Origin: an uncultured virus (IMG/VR IMGVR_UViG_3300028804_000004)
Lineage: Duplodnaviria; Heunggongvirae; Uroviricota; Caudoviricetes
Direction: 5' to 3' (one strand)
IMG/VR virus record: IMGVR_UViG_3300028804_000004
Span: 54,779 to 74,778 of that record
Length of the DNA: 20,000 nucleotides
Under the pieces are notes generated by a model. The model did not search any database. It was not told the origin of the DNA and was given only the letters and a program-made list of their open reading frames with translations. Positions 1 through 9,759 of this stretch are shown here, one piece after another. A program made the translations under genes and the position numbers. Numbering within the stretch: the first letter of the stretch is position 1; each line of letters opens with the position of its first letter.

Positions 1-3000
1 AGGACCAAAATTCTGCTCGAAGAATCCAATAGCAGAAGAGGCATTCTGTTGGCTGCCGAACATAGTTACGATTTCTTCAGCTATTTTTTGCGGTAGATCT
101 CTTAAGATGTAAAAGGACTTAATGAGAGCTTGTGCGCTCTCCTTCAAGTCGTAGAAAGTGTCCGCTGCTTCAGCCGCCCCAAGTAGCGCCACTCCAAGCT
201 TTCTCCCGGCTTCTGTAGTCCAATCAATAGACTGAATCAACGCTACAAATCCTTCCCTAGTATCTGGAATAGAGAGTCCAAGAGAATCCATTCTAGCTTG
301 AAGCGAATCTTGAATGTCTTGCGGAGATTTTGGAGCAATTGCTAACCCGAATTGTTGTTGAAAGAAAGAGAACTGAGACTTAAATTCGTCCAGCCCACCG
401 AACGCATCAATAATATCTTGCGACACTTTAATAGCTTGTTCTCCCATCAAGCCTAGGGACATCCCTAGATTATCAAATGCCGCATTAACCGCTAGAGTAT
501 TGATGGTAATCCTCTCTAAAGTTTGAGCTACATTTTCTCCTTCTCTCATAAATTTTTTAGCCACTTCTATTCCGGTCTTAAGAGAATCAAATCCTAGCAC
601 CTTAAGCTCTTTAGATCCTTGCAAAGACTGGAACAATACTCGCATACGATTTAATGGTGCTAGCAGTTCCATTAGGCCAGTCATAAACGTTTCCATGTCA
701 CTTTTATCCAGGTCCTTCACAGCGTCAGCTAAAGACTGGTCAATTTCTCCAAGAATAAGCTGATACCGTTTCCATAAGGCATTTACAAATCCATATTCTT
801 TATCAGCTTTGAAGGTTCCAGTAGAGAATGACTTACCAGACTGATTAATTTGATCGGTAAGTTCAGGGCCAATAGCCTTCATTACGGCATCGTCTATCTG
901 CTTTACCACTTTCATGATTTTATCTGTAGTGGTTTTCTTTAAGCCGCTCTCAGAGGATTCAGCTTCACCAAGATTTCCCCTAAGCCCAAATCTAGGAGCA
1001 TCTTTATCCTTCAGGATAGATGTTACTATAGACACAATAGCCACTATCCACCCAATATACGGAATAGCTGCCCCAGCCATGCTCCCTAGCCCAGCTCCAA
1101 CCGCTCCTTGTCCTACCATGGCCGCCCCAGATGCAAATTGACTGGCCGCTCCAAACAGACCGCCAGCCCCAGCAGCCCCTAAACCGCCAGCTAATCCCGC
1201 CCCAAAAGACGTACCCCCAAACAGACTTGCAACCATCCCAGCCGCAGAAGTAGCCCAAGGAATTGTGCTTGCAAATGGATTGGAAAATAGGTTGGTAGCA
1301 TAATTTCCAAGTCCACCTCCACTAGATTGACCTCCTTGTAGATTAGGAATATATCCATTTATCTGCGGAGCCCAACCAAGCATTGCAAACGGAGACGCAA
1401 AAGGCCCAGCAGTTTGTTGTTGCTGTGGAACTCCATTTCCATATCCTCCTCCCGCCATGGCAAACGCCGCAGAAGGGATAGACATAGCCGTATTATTGTG
1501 TCCAGCTCCAAAATCTAGCATGTCTCCAACAGAGAGCATAATTTGTTGGGCAGCTAATTTAGCCAGCATAGATTTTATGTAGTCTACAAACTCCTTAAAA
1601 TCTAATTTTCCAGTCTCTAAGGCCCTAGCTAAGGCAGATTCCATATCAGCGAATATCTGAGCAAATAGTGGGCGGAGATCTTCGGCTTGTTGCCTAAGCT
1701 TTTCAAAGTAAACTCCAACAGCGTCTCCAGAGGCTTGGAGTACCCTAAGATAGGCGTCATCCAACACTATCTGCTGCTCTCTTTTAGATATGTACTTGCC
1801 TACTAATTCATTAGTCTCAGCAAGAGCAAGATTATAAGCTTTTACAGCATTAGAAATTGACCCATACTTAGCCTGCTGGGCTTCAAACTCTATAGGAGTA
1901 AGCTGAACAGATCTCGCGGAAAATCCTGAAACTTCCATATTCCTTTTTTCTTCTGCTCGTATCTGAGCTAGCGCCTCTTTAGCAGCTTTCACTGAAGCAG
2001 AATATTCCTTCATAGAGATATTCATGGCTTTCATCATATCTTCAAGGCGCTTTTTATCGTCTTCAAATATAAATGATTGCCCTTTTACTTTAGTTAGAGC
2101 AGCATCTAACGTCTTCATCTGTTCCTGTACAGATATAGCGAACGTCGGGGCGGCTGACATGGCTGAAGTATAATCTTGCACAACATCGGCAAAATCTTTT
2201 CTAACTCCTTTAAGCTCACGAGAACTTTCAGTAAGCTCACTAGCAAAGCTCAAGGACTTTTCAGCTAACGACAATTCCATATTTTCTATGTCGCGTCTAA
2301 GGTCCGCTTGTTTTTCAAGCTCTTCCCTAGTTTTAGTGGCTGCCGCTAACCTATCGTTTTCAAACTTTTCAACTTTATTTTGATATTTATCTATATCCTT
2401 AAGAAGGTCGTCTCTCTTATCCCCCGTAAAAGACATAGCCTTAATAAAATCTTTATTTCCTGTCTGCATTAGTTCCTCAAATCCTTTTTTGGCATCTCCT
2501 AAAGCTTTTATTCTTTCTTGAGAGCCTTCAGCAGTCTCACCAGCTTGCTTAAATAGGTCAATAACTTCCTTAAACTTACTTGTGTCTATCCCAGACCCTT
2601 GTATAAATGGCTCAAGAGCCTGAGCTAGCCCGCTAAATTGATTGTAATTAGCCGATCCTGGTACGCCTGAATCTACTACAGCAGTCTGTTGAGCCATTTC
2701 CAAAGCTGACGACATCAATAAAGAGTATACGTTTTTAGTTTCGTCAACTATGCCTAACAGATACTTAGCCTCTTCTAATTTCTCCCTAGCTCTACCTTCA
2801 GTATCTACCTCTTCTTGGGCCGCTAATCTGGAAGTAAGGCTTGGGCCTACCTGGGTAGTAGACTGACTTAACTCACTCAAGATAGATGTAGTTCTCTTCT
2901 TAACAGCTTCTGGACTATTTAGTAAGTCTAACTGTGCTTTCACCTCTATAAGCTTGTCTCTAGTCTCCTCTAAAGCATTAATTGACTCTTGTCTCTTACT

Positions 3001-6000
3001 ACCAAAAATAGTGTCATAAATTGCCCCAGCGATAGTTGGAGAGTCAGTCTTCAACGACTTTAACGCAGCGTCTATCTTAGCTATCTCATCAGAGTATTGA
3101 GCAGAAAATTTCTGTCTGTCTGATTCTGAGACAATAGAGGCGCTTGTTAATTTTTTACTAACTTCCTCATACTTTTGAAGTAAGACAGCTCTATTAAGAT
3201 CTGCCTTTGGGTCTATATTATTCTGTAGGTCGGAGAGTTGTTTAGCAAGACTCAATTGCTCAGACATTAAGTTTACTTGCTCTTGAGCAGCTCCAACAGC
3301 ATTAAGTCCAGTAGCCACTAACCCTGTGCTAGATACTACTGAAGGGGCGTATCCTGCCTTTTCTCTAGTTTTATCCAACTTATCTAGATTGTCTTGTGCC
3401 ACATAAATAGCTTTAAGTTTATCCTCAACAGTAGTTAAACTATAAATTAACGCCCCTAAACTAATAGCAGCTATTGCAATTAGCCCTCCAGATAATGCAG
3501 TTGCAGCGACACCAGCAGCGGTTGCAGCTACCCCTATGGAAGTCAAAATAGAGTAAAATTGAGTCCATAGAATTATGTATGCTGCAATAGATAGTCTAGC
3601 TATGAATGAAGTAATTGCGGTTACATTCGCTAGAATAGCCCCATACATCCACATAAAAACATTACCCAAAGTTTTAACTGTCTGTATGGTAGCTAACAAA
3701 AGAAGCAATTTAACTAGATTTTTCAACACTCCTTCAGCAGTAAGAATAGATCCTATAACAGAAGTAAATGCTGAGCCTATAGGAGATACGAACGAGTAAA
3801 ATTCCCGAAAAGCCGGAACTAATTCATTTTTCACCACTGTAGAAGCAGTAATAATTACTGATTCTAGCCCTTTAGAAAATGCCTCCAGTTCAGGGCTATA
3901 GGCTAGACGCTGAAAGAACGCAGTAAGGTCTTTTGTTAATGAAGTCAGTTCGTCTTGGACCTCATTAAACGACATGAGACCTACCAAAGAGACTGAATTT
4001 TTCAGCAAGGTGAGTTGTTTTGATAACGAGGTAGAAAACCTTTTTACTATAAGCCCCGCTACATCTCCTTTAGCAGCTAATTCAAGCTCCTCTTGCAATT
4101 CCCTTATGCTTTTAGCTTCTCTCTCGAACTCGTCAGAAGCTTCTTTAGCCGACATGCCATTATTCTTTTGCGCCTCAGACAGCCTTGAGGACGCAGACAC
4201 CAAAGCTAAAACTCCAGACTCCGCATATAGGCCAGTAGCTTTAGCAATATCCGACATGGAGATAACGCCTGAATCAAGCGCCGCCTTTACTTTCTCCAAA
4301 ACAGAGATAAGGTTTATTGAATTTCCTGAAAAGTCTATTGAAGCGATAGACGCTTTCGCTAACATTTCAGAAAGTTTAGAACTAGGGTCATACATATCAG
4401 TCAGCAACTTACGCATTGCTGTACCTGCACGAGACCCCTTTATACCAGCATTATGTAACGCCTCTAACATAGCTGATACATCTTGCAACGACTGCCCAGT
4501 TTGGTAGGCAATAGGGGCAACATACGACAATGCAGTGCCCATCTGCTCAATCGTCATGTTAGAGCGTAGTGCCGCATAAGCCATTACGCTAACCACTTCT
4601 GCTGTAGCTTTAGCAGGAATATGGAATCCTTCCATGATGTTTGTCGTAATGTCGGCAGCCTTTCCAACATCCATCATTCCTATGGTAGCGAGATTAAGAA
4701 CTGGGATAAGACTAGATTTTACTGTCTTACTCGCCCCATCAACTGAATCAGAGAAATCTCCAAAAATGGATTTAGCTGATTGCCCGCCAACAGACAGCTC
4801 AAATATTGCTTTAGATATTTCTGTAGCAGAAAATGGGGCTTTCAGAGACAAGCCAATAGAAGTTTGTGAGGTTATAGCTTTATATTGCTCAAAAGTATCA
4901 CTAATACCAGCTAATACAGAAGCCGCTTGTATAACTGTGTTTTGAAACTCTATTCCTTCAGCCGCAGCGGTCTTAAACGCCCGCCCTACAGCATACGTAG
5001 AAGCTGCGATAGCAAATGTCCCTGAAGTATAGATGCCAAACTGCAACCCTAAAGAGGTTAGCCCGGCCCTAAAAGAAGCCAAAGCTTGCGCATGAAAATT
5101 ATGCAAGTGTGTAGATTGCTCAAGCCCTCTTCTAGCTCTATCCCGAGCCTCTGTTACCTTATTTTCGGCCCCAACTAGCGCCTCAAGATTTCTTTTTTGT
5201 TCTTGATATGCTGGATTGGATTTAGCTTCTGCCCTACCGCGAGCTTCAGCCAGTTGTGTAGCTACTTTGTTAAGCTCATTAAGCCTTGCCCTCTCCTGTA
5301 TAATAGCCGCTAGAGTTTGACCTTCTCCTCCTGTTGAGGAAGACAAATTAAAGTGCGTAGATCTTACAGATGCTAACGCTTTCTCAGCTTTCAACATCTC
5401 TATACGTTCTTTTATAACGGTATTAGATGCCAATAGGCTGGTAGCTAGCTCTCTTTCCTGAGATTTAAGCTTAGATGTTACTTCAGATTCAGCATTTAAT
5501 TCTTTTACTATATCATTAATAATCCGCCTATAAGCTTCTATATCAGCTTTATTGCCAATAGAAGTACCTGGGCCACTTCCTCCCGCAGCAATAGCGGCTA
5601 ATCTCTGTAACTCTATCTGTTGCTTAAGACTTTCAGAAACTTCTCGTCTCTTAGAAGATTCCTTAGATAGCATCTCCTCTAGTTTAATAATTCTAAGTTG
5701 CTCTTCTTTAGAAAGTTGCGCCCCAATTGAAATCTGGCCTTTAATGATTTCAATGATAGCTTTACGTTCCTCTAAAGAGCGAATAGCATTTTTACTAGCC
5801 TCATCATCACTAAGCAATCTATTTAGAGTTAATAAAGCTTGTTTAGCCGCTATTTCTTCCTTTACTTTAACTATAGCGTCAGTAGTCGCCTTATCATATA
5901 CGGCTTTCTTTGCTACAACCTCTATAAGTTCACGGGCGTATTTTGCTTCAGCATCAGCTAAAGCTGACTTAGCTTGAAGCTCTAATTTTAATATGCTAAT

Positions 6001-6372
6001 GACTCCTTGTACTTCAGCGTCATATTTTGCTAGCTTTGTAGAAACTTCCTGTAATTCTTTAACCCAAGGATCATTAGCAAACCCCTTAAGTTTTAGATCT
6101 TCCATTAATTTAGCTAGCTGTACAGCTTGCTCTTTAGCTCCTTTTAGATAGTTGCTAGCCGCCTCATTTACTTTGGGGTCAGTCTTATTGTCACGTATTA
6201 ATTTATTAGCTTCGGCTTGAGTGTCCCGTATAACAGACTTAATCTCACCTAAAGAGGCTGAAGCAGAAGTCGCGACAGCTTGCGCAGTAGGGGCAAGATT
6301 CTGTATTTTATTAGCAAGCTGATCTATCGCGTTTACAGCAGTATCAGCAGTTAAGAACTCTAATATCTCCAT
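1..6372 (-). CDS. Tail tape measure protein, 3'-truncated by window edge (>=2124 aa)
   Basis: ATG at 6372 (MEILEFLTADTAVNAIDQLANKIQ...). The frame read open wherever I translated it, down to position 1 (...SAIGFFEQNFGP), and any internal stop would have produced a long ORF in the track. It has a long helical N-terminus, a TP901-type core (KAPFSATEISKAIFEL...SNMTIEQMGTALSYVAPIAYQTGQSLQDVSAMLEALHNAGIKGSRAGTAMR, ~4200-4950), hydrophobic segments (~3440-3720, ~1030-1250) and an ETGKLDFKEFVDYIKSMLAKLA motif (~1560-1620). It lies directly downstream of tube and chaperone genes. Confidence 0.95.
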   Translation of the reverse strand, partial: MEILEFLTADTAVNAIDQLANKIQNLAPTAQAVATSASASLGEIKSVIRDTQAEANKLIRDNKTDPKVNEAASNYLKGAKEQAVQLAKLMEDLKLKGFANDPWVKELQEVSTKLAKYDAEVQGVISILKLELQAKSALADAEAKYARELIEVVAKKAVYDKATTDAIVKVKEEIAAKQALLTLNRLLSDDEASKNAIRSLEERKAIIEIIKGQISIGAQLSKEEQLRIIKLEEMLSKESSKRREVSESLKQQIELQRLAAIAAGGSGPGTSIGNKADIEAYRRIINDIVKELNAESEVTSKLKSQERELATSLLASNTVIKERIEMLKAEKALASVRSTHFNLSSSTGGEGQTLAAIIQERARLNELNKVATQLAEARGRAEAKSNPAYQEQKRNLEALVGAENKVTEARDRARRGLEQSTHLHNFHAQALASFRAGLTSLGLQFGIYTSGTFAIAASTYAVGRAFKTAAAEGIEFQNTVIQAASVLAGISDTFEQYKAITSQTSIGLSLKAPFSATEISKAIFELSVGGQSAKSIFGDFSDSVDGASKTVKSSLIPVLNLATIGMMDVGKAADITTNIMEGFHIPAKATAEVVSVMAYAALRSNMTIEQMGTALSYVAPIAYQTGQSLQDVSAMLEALHNAGIKGSRAGTAMRKLLTDMYDPSSKLSEMLAKASIASIDFSGNSINLISVLEKVKAALDSGVISMSDIAKATGLYAESGVLALVSASSRLSEAQKNNGMSAKEASDEFEREAKSIRELQEELELAAKGDVAGLIVKRFSTSLSKQLTLLKNSVSLVGLMSFNEVQDELTSLTKDLTAFFQRLAYSPELEAFSKGLESVIITASTVVKNELVPAFREFYSFVSPIGSAFTSVIGSILTAEGVLKNLVKLLLLLATIQTVKTLGNVFMWMYGAILANVTAITSFIARLSIAAYIILWTQFYSILTSIGVAATAAGVAATALSGGLIAIAAISLGALIYSLTTVEDKLKAIYVAQDNLDKLDKTREKAGYAPSVVSSTGLVATGLNAVGAAQEQVNLMSEQLSLAKQLSDLQNNIDPKADLNRAVLLQKYEEVSKKLTSASIVSESDRQKFSAQYSDEIAKIDAALKSLKTDSPTIAGAIYDTIFGSKRQESINALEETRDKLIEVKAQLDLLNSPEAVKKRTTSILSELSQSTTQVGPSLTSRLAAQEEVDTEGRAREKLEEAKYLLGIVDETKNVYSLLMSSALEMAQQTAVVDSGVPGSANYNQFSGLAQALEPFIQGSGIDTSKFKEVIDLFKQAGETAEGSQERIKALGDAKKGFEELMQTGNKDFIKAMSFTGDKRDDLLKDIDKYQNKVEKFENDRLAAATKTREELEKQADLRRDIENMELSLAEKSLSFASELTESSRELKGVRKDFADVVQDYTSAMSAAPTFAISVQEQMKTLDAALTKVKGQSFIFEDDKKRLEDMMKAMNISMKEYSASVKAAKEALAQIRAEEKRNMEVSGFSARSVQLTPIEFEAQQAKYGSISNAVKAYNLALAETNELVGKYISKREQQIVLDDAYLRVLQASGDAVGVYFEKLRQQAEDLRPLFAQIFADMESALARALETGKLDFKEFVDYIKSMLAKLAAQQIMLSVGDMLDFGAGHNNTAMSIPSAAFAMAGGGYGNGVPQQQQTAGPFASPFAMLGWAPQINGYIPNLQGGQSSGGGLGNYATNLFSNPFASTIPWATSAAGMVASLFGGTSFGAGLAGGLGAAGAGGLFGAASQFASGAAMVGQGAVGAGLGSMAGAAIPYIGWIVAIVSIVTSILKDKDAPRFGLRGNLGEAESSESGLKKTTTDKIMKVVKQIDDAVMKAIGPELTDQINQSGKSFSTGTFKADKEYGFVNALWKRYQLILGEIDQSLADAVKDLDKSDMETFMTGLMELLAPLNRMRVLFQSLQGSKELKVLGFDSLKTGIEVAKKFMREGENVAQTLERITINTLAVNAAFDNLGMSLGLMGEQAIKVSQDIIDAFGGLDEFKSQFSFFQQQFGLAIAPKSPQDIQDSLQARMDSLGLSIPDTREGFVALIQSIDWTTEAGRKLGVALLGAAEAADTFYDLKESAQALIKSFYILRDLPQKIAEEIVTMFGSQQNASSAIGFFEQNFGP

Positions 6373-6404
6373 ACAGACCCCACAGTAGAACTATATTGAG
6401 TAGG

Positions 6405-7094
6405 TTATTTAGTGGTATGAGTCTCTTTAATGTAACTTAAATACTCAGTATCACATTCAGTCATAACCCATCGAAAAAATAAATAATCCTCTCCAGAATT
6501 ATATCCAAGCTTCGTGGCATAGTCACTTAAATGAGACTCAGAAAGTCGTTCTGGCGACCCGAAATCTGTTTGCCTAGTTTTAGAAATATTTAAGAACTGC
6601 TCTACATAAAATCTGGTTATTGGGTCTGAAGCTACGCCAGCTCCTTGACGGGCTTTTTGTAATATTGGAGAAACCTTACCATACTTTTTTTCATATCTTC
6701 TAGCTGCATCTAAATCTTCTGACTTCCACCTTAAGTTAATTTCTAACGCCCTCCGTATTCTATCTACTAACGCTGCTAAGCTAGCATCTAACGCTTCAGC
6801 AGAAGTACATACAAACCTATATACCTCCTTAGAATTAGTAAGAAGAAACCTTGACGTATCTGGGGAATATAAAAACTCTGTACCTCTATAGATAAGATTT
6901 TCCCACCCCACTAAAATATTCTCAGCAACACAATTTAGCATATAGTCTGGATTGAGATCTTCCCCTAAACCTCCATACTCAAAAGACACTACATGTTGCT
7001 TAATTAATTTAGGCAGATATTCGGGGTGCCTAAACGGACGAATATATAAGATTGACCCATTCTTATATGGAATGCGGCGAGCTGCAAAAGACAT
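6405..7094 (-). CDS. Tail assembly chaperone, fused gpG-T-like (229 aa)
   Basis: GAGGT Shine-Dalgarno 7 nt upstream. The N-half resembles the upstream chaperone (ENILVGWENLIYRGTEFLYSP). The C-half has a gpT-like pattern (FLNISKTRQTDFGSPERLSESHLSDYA...FFRWVMTECDTEYL). It sits immediately before the tape measure gene. Confidence 0.75.
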   Translation of the reverse strand: MSFAARRIPYKNGSILYIRPFRHPEYLPKLIKQHVVSFEYGGLGEDLNPDYMLNCVAENILVGWENLIYRGTEFLYSPDTSRFLLTNSKEVYRFVCTSAEALDASLAALVDRIRRALEINLRWKSEDLDAARRYEKKYGKVSPILQKARQGAGVASDPITRFYVEQFLNISKTRQTDFGSPERLSESHLSDYATKLGYNSGEDYLFFRWVMTECDTEYLSYIKETHTTK

Positions 7095-7108
7095 GCTTCA
7101 TACCTCAC

Positions 7109-7133
7109 ATAAAAAAGGGGCCGTAGCCCCTTT
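7109..7133 (-). terminator. Intrinsic terminator between the two chaperone genes
   Basis: Minus strand reads AAA-GGGGC-TACG-GCCCC-TTTTTT: a GC stem, a C(UACG)G UNCG tetraloop and a U6 tract. Confidence 0.85.
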
Positions 7134-7157
7134 AACTTGCTATTTCCTTACAACTAC

Positions 7158-7544
7158 TTACGCAACGAACACCGAGGCTCTGAATAGAGAGTAGTCTTTA
7201 GACTTTTCCATAACAAATTCCCTGATAGCCGGGTCATGCTGCAATACCTTTTCCCCAACAGCAGGGGAATATGGGATAGATTCTCCCTTAGCCGTAAATC
7301 CTTCCCAATCCACAATTAGGAATCTTGCCGCAGCTTGACGCATAATCTTCTGGATGAGGTCTGTAGACTCAGTAGAGACATCCTCAATCATCAGCTTATT
7401 CTTTCGTACCTGGGCCGCGATGTACGATAGATACGCCTGGTTTTCTTGGCAAGACAACTTCAACCGGGTTCCCTGACGATAGTCTACCCATACTCCTTTA
7501 GAAACCAACTCATCGTCCAACATAAGATCTTCTATATCTAGCAT
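7158..7544 (-). CDS. Tail assembly chaperone, gpG-like (128 aa)
   Basis: Start re-assigned to ATG 7544 (GGGGA SD; the track start at 7604 lies inside the terminator hairpin). Motifs KGVWVDY and LIVDWEGFTAKGESIPYSP...REFV...LFR are typical of siphovirus chaperones that follow the tube gene. Confidence 0.85.
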   Translation of the reverse strand: MLDIEDLMLDDELVSKGVWVDYRQGTRLKLSCQENQAYLSYIAAQVRKNKLMIEDVSTESTDLIQKIMRQAAARFLIVDWEGFTAKGESIPYSPAVGEKVLQHDPAIREFVMEKSKDYSLFRASVFVA

Positions 7545-7585
7545 TTTTATTCCCCAACATATAACCTTGAATGAGAGACAGAGTA

Positions 7586-7616
7586 TAACAGAAAAGGGGG
7601 GCATGTGCCCCCCTTT
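7586..7616 (-). terminator. Intrinsic terminator after tail tube gene
   Basis: Minus strand reads AAA-GGGGGGC-ACAT-GCCCCCC-TTTTCTGTT, about 27 nt after the tube stop codon. Confidence 0.8.
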
Positions 7617-7642
7617 ATCCTACCTTCTAGAAAGAAAAGAGA

Positions 7643-8653
7643 TTAAGAGAATGTACGGGTAATGCGGATAGCCCCGTATGTTGGGTCATCAAACGCCTGG
7701 AAGGACGAAGTGATGGTGGCGTCATCATCTTTGCCGCTAGCCAGAGGAGTAGACCCAGACAGCACCTTAACCTTATTCAGACGAAACGCAAAGTTATTAG
7801 CGTCAGAATCCAGCAGATTAAATACAATCCTCAGATCATCATTAGCCAGGAATGCGCTGAAAACCGTAGGGTCTGCATAGTATACAGTAGCATTCGCCTT
7901 AACTTCGATAGAACCAAACCCAATGCCAACAGGGTAAATTCCAGCACCTACGGCCTCCTGTTTCCTAGCTTTATTGCTAATCATCAGGTCGAAGGAAGCA
8001 AACGTAACCTGAGTGTCAATCCCTCCGCTATCTTGAAGCTGCAAAGAATCAAGGCCCTGAACAGAAGAAATGATCGGATCCAGCACTGGTTCGCGATATG
8101 TCCAACCTACAGGAAGCGTAGACCCTTCTACCGCCAACTCTCCACCAGTACCGAGAACAGTAACAGATCCAGTAAGATGTGACGCCTTACCAGCCTTCAG
8201 GGAAAGGTCTCCAACTTGGCATCCCCTAAACAGAAAAACGTCATACGTCCCATCGGCCCGCTGGACTCGTTTCTGAATGACAATACACTTCTTGGTAGAG
8301 CCATTCTGAATGTATTCAGTCGTAGCCCACGGGTTTCCAGGAGCCGCTACTCCATTAAAAGTAAAGTCCTTATTAGCTTGAAGCGCCGCAATCAGCCAGT
8401 TAGACAGGAACGTATGGCTGGCCTCAAAATTAAACGATCCACCTACCTCTCCAGATACCAAGATAGAATCAGCATCCGCCCGGGTAGCGGTAATTTCGGC
8501 GCTTACCGCACCAGTTAGCTTCAGATCGAGATTTTCTGAAGTCATACGAATACGTTCCCAACTGAAAGTCCCTGGAATAGCCGCCGCCGGATCAGGGTCA
8601 ATGGCGTAATACAGAGTAATGCTAGAACCAGAAGCAAATGAAGGGCAGGCCAT
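7643..8653 (-). CDS. Major tail / tail tube protein (336 aa)
   Basis: GAGGA SD. RMTSENLDL...SAEITATR...GEVGGSFNFE, FRGCQVGDLSL and VKANATVYY patterns fit phage tube proteins. It lies between the tail terminator and chaperone genes and is followed by a terminator; no sheath gene is adjacent. Confidence 0.88.
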   Translation of the reverse strand: MACPSFASGSSITLYYAIDPDPAAAIPGTFSWERIRMTSENLDLKLTGAVSAEITATRADADSILVSGEVGGSFNFEASHTFLSNWLIAALQANKDFTFNGVAAPGNPWATTEYIQNGSTKKCIVIQKRVQRADGTYDVFLFRGCQVGDLSLKAGKASHLTGSVTVLGTGGELAVEGSTLPVGWTYREPVLDPIISSVQGLDSLQLQDSGGIDTQVTFASFDLMISNKARKQEAVGAGIYPVGIGFGSIEVKANATVYYADPTVFSAFLANDDLRIVFNLLDSDANNFAFRLNKVKVLSGSTPLASGKDDDATITSSFQAFDDPTYGAIRITRTFS

Positions 8654-8696
8654 GGTAATTTCCTCGTATCTTTATGGTGAAAAAATAATACCTGAT

Positions 8697-9128
8697 TTAT
8701 ATTTCATACTCAAACAGAAAACTAGAGCTTGCCATCCTCCATCCATGAAGAACATTTAACTTAGGAGATTGAGTTTGAGTATAAAACCGAATATTCCCGA
8801 AAGCAGACGCAATATGCTTATTTAAGAATAGATTACATAAAGAGTCACAGATATCATCGTAGACTCTCTCGCCCATATCCACTAGATATGAGATGTAGCA
8901 AATTAACATCCCAGACCTACGAACACAATTATCCTCACCTCTACCAACTGTAATTATGCCAGTATTAGAATAAAGAATTTCAAACTTAACATAGGGAACG
9001 TTTCCACTCATAAACAATTCCCCAGTAGCCATGTCTCTAGGCTGCGTATTAGAGAAATGGTATTTAGTAACAGCCCAATTATATGCTATATATTGTTCTA
9101 TAGTTTGAGAGGCTTGAGCTTGTTTCAT
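8697..9128 (-). CDS. Probable tail terminator protein (143 aa)
   Basis: Size, position before the tube gene, and PYVKFEI...RRSGMLICYISY..DMG...DSLCNLF and terminal FEY pattern. Confidence 0.7.
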   Translation of the reverse strand: MKQAQASQTIEQYIAYNWAVTKYHFSNTQPRDMATGELFMSGNVPYVKFEILYSNTGIITVGRGEDNCVRRSGMLICYISYLVDMGERVYDDICDSLCNLFLNKHIASAFGNIRFYTQTQSPKLNVLHGWRMASSSFLFEYEI

Positions 9129-9129
9129 A

Positions 9130-9759
9130 TTAAGTCCATGACGACAAATAATCTAAAAATTCAGGTAAGGTCTTATAACGTTTAGCGGCAAGGCGCAAGT
9201 TTTCAACCGCCCCAAGCCTAGCTTGAGCAATTGCAGGCAAGATATGGTCAAGAGAAAGGTTAGCATTCTTCGCGTAGGCTGTAGCTGCTCTATTGCCTCT
9301 TGACAAAAGAGGATGCACCATATACACGGCAGTACCTCCTTTAATAAAATGCTCGGCTACAGCGCCTCCAACGGCACGCCCAGAAGAAAAGAATCTTTGC
9401 ATTTGATCTTCTATGATAGGTTCAACATCTCCAGACTCACTTCTTTGCTCCCCCCTAAAACCTACCTGAATACCATTAACTATGCTGCCATACTCTGGGC
9501 GATAGAACGATATTGGAGTAGAGTCGTCAAATTGTATACTCCACGCCGATGCTGCCGCTCCAGAGTCCTGCCATGTCTCTACAAGCGCCGTTAAATAGGC
9601 TTTACGGACAACGTGAGCTTCGCACAATTTTTGTCCTCTTAACAAATACTTCCTTAATTTTATGGCATACTCAGTAAGGGAGGTTTCACTTTGACCTCCT
9701 CTATTTACAACAGTATGTCGTGTAACTACTCCCTCAAGATTAATTGGCTTAAAGCTCAT
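9130..9759 (-). CDS. Probable tail completion/neck protein, HK97 gp10-like (209 aa)
   Basis: ETWQDSGAAASAWSI resembles the TPVDTGxxRxxW motif. Position between head closure and terminator genes; ATGA overlap with the upstream gene. Confidence 0.55.
   Translation of the reverse strand: MSFKPINLEGVVTRHTVVNRGGQSETSLTEYAIKLRKYLLRGQKLCEAHVVRKAYLTALVETWQDSGAAASAWSIQFDDSTPISFYRPEYGSIVNGIQVGFRGEQRSESGDVEPIIEDQMQRFFSSGRAVGGAVAEHFIKGGTAVYMVHPLLSRGNRAATAYAKNANLSLDHILPAIAQARLGAVENLRLAAKRYKTLPEFLDYLSSWT

Noticed and set aside
914..5977. Plus-strand ORFs (914, 3575, 3974, 4634, 5552) and minus-strand 1004-1258
   Set aside because: These are antisense or alternate-frame shadows of the tape measure gene, with no recognisable motifs.
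7158..7200. Programmed -1 frameshift at the end of the gpG-like gene
   Set aside because: There is no slippery heptamer. The stop is followed by further stops and a terminator, and the next gene has its own SD and ATG.
7582..7590. Extended -10-like TGTTATACT on the minus strand upstream of the chaperone gene
   Set aside because: It overlaps the terminator U-tract, has no convincing -35, and short AT-rich matches arise by chance.
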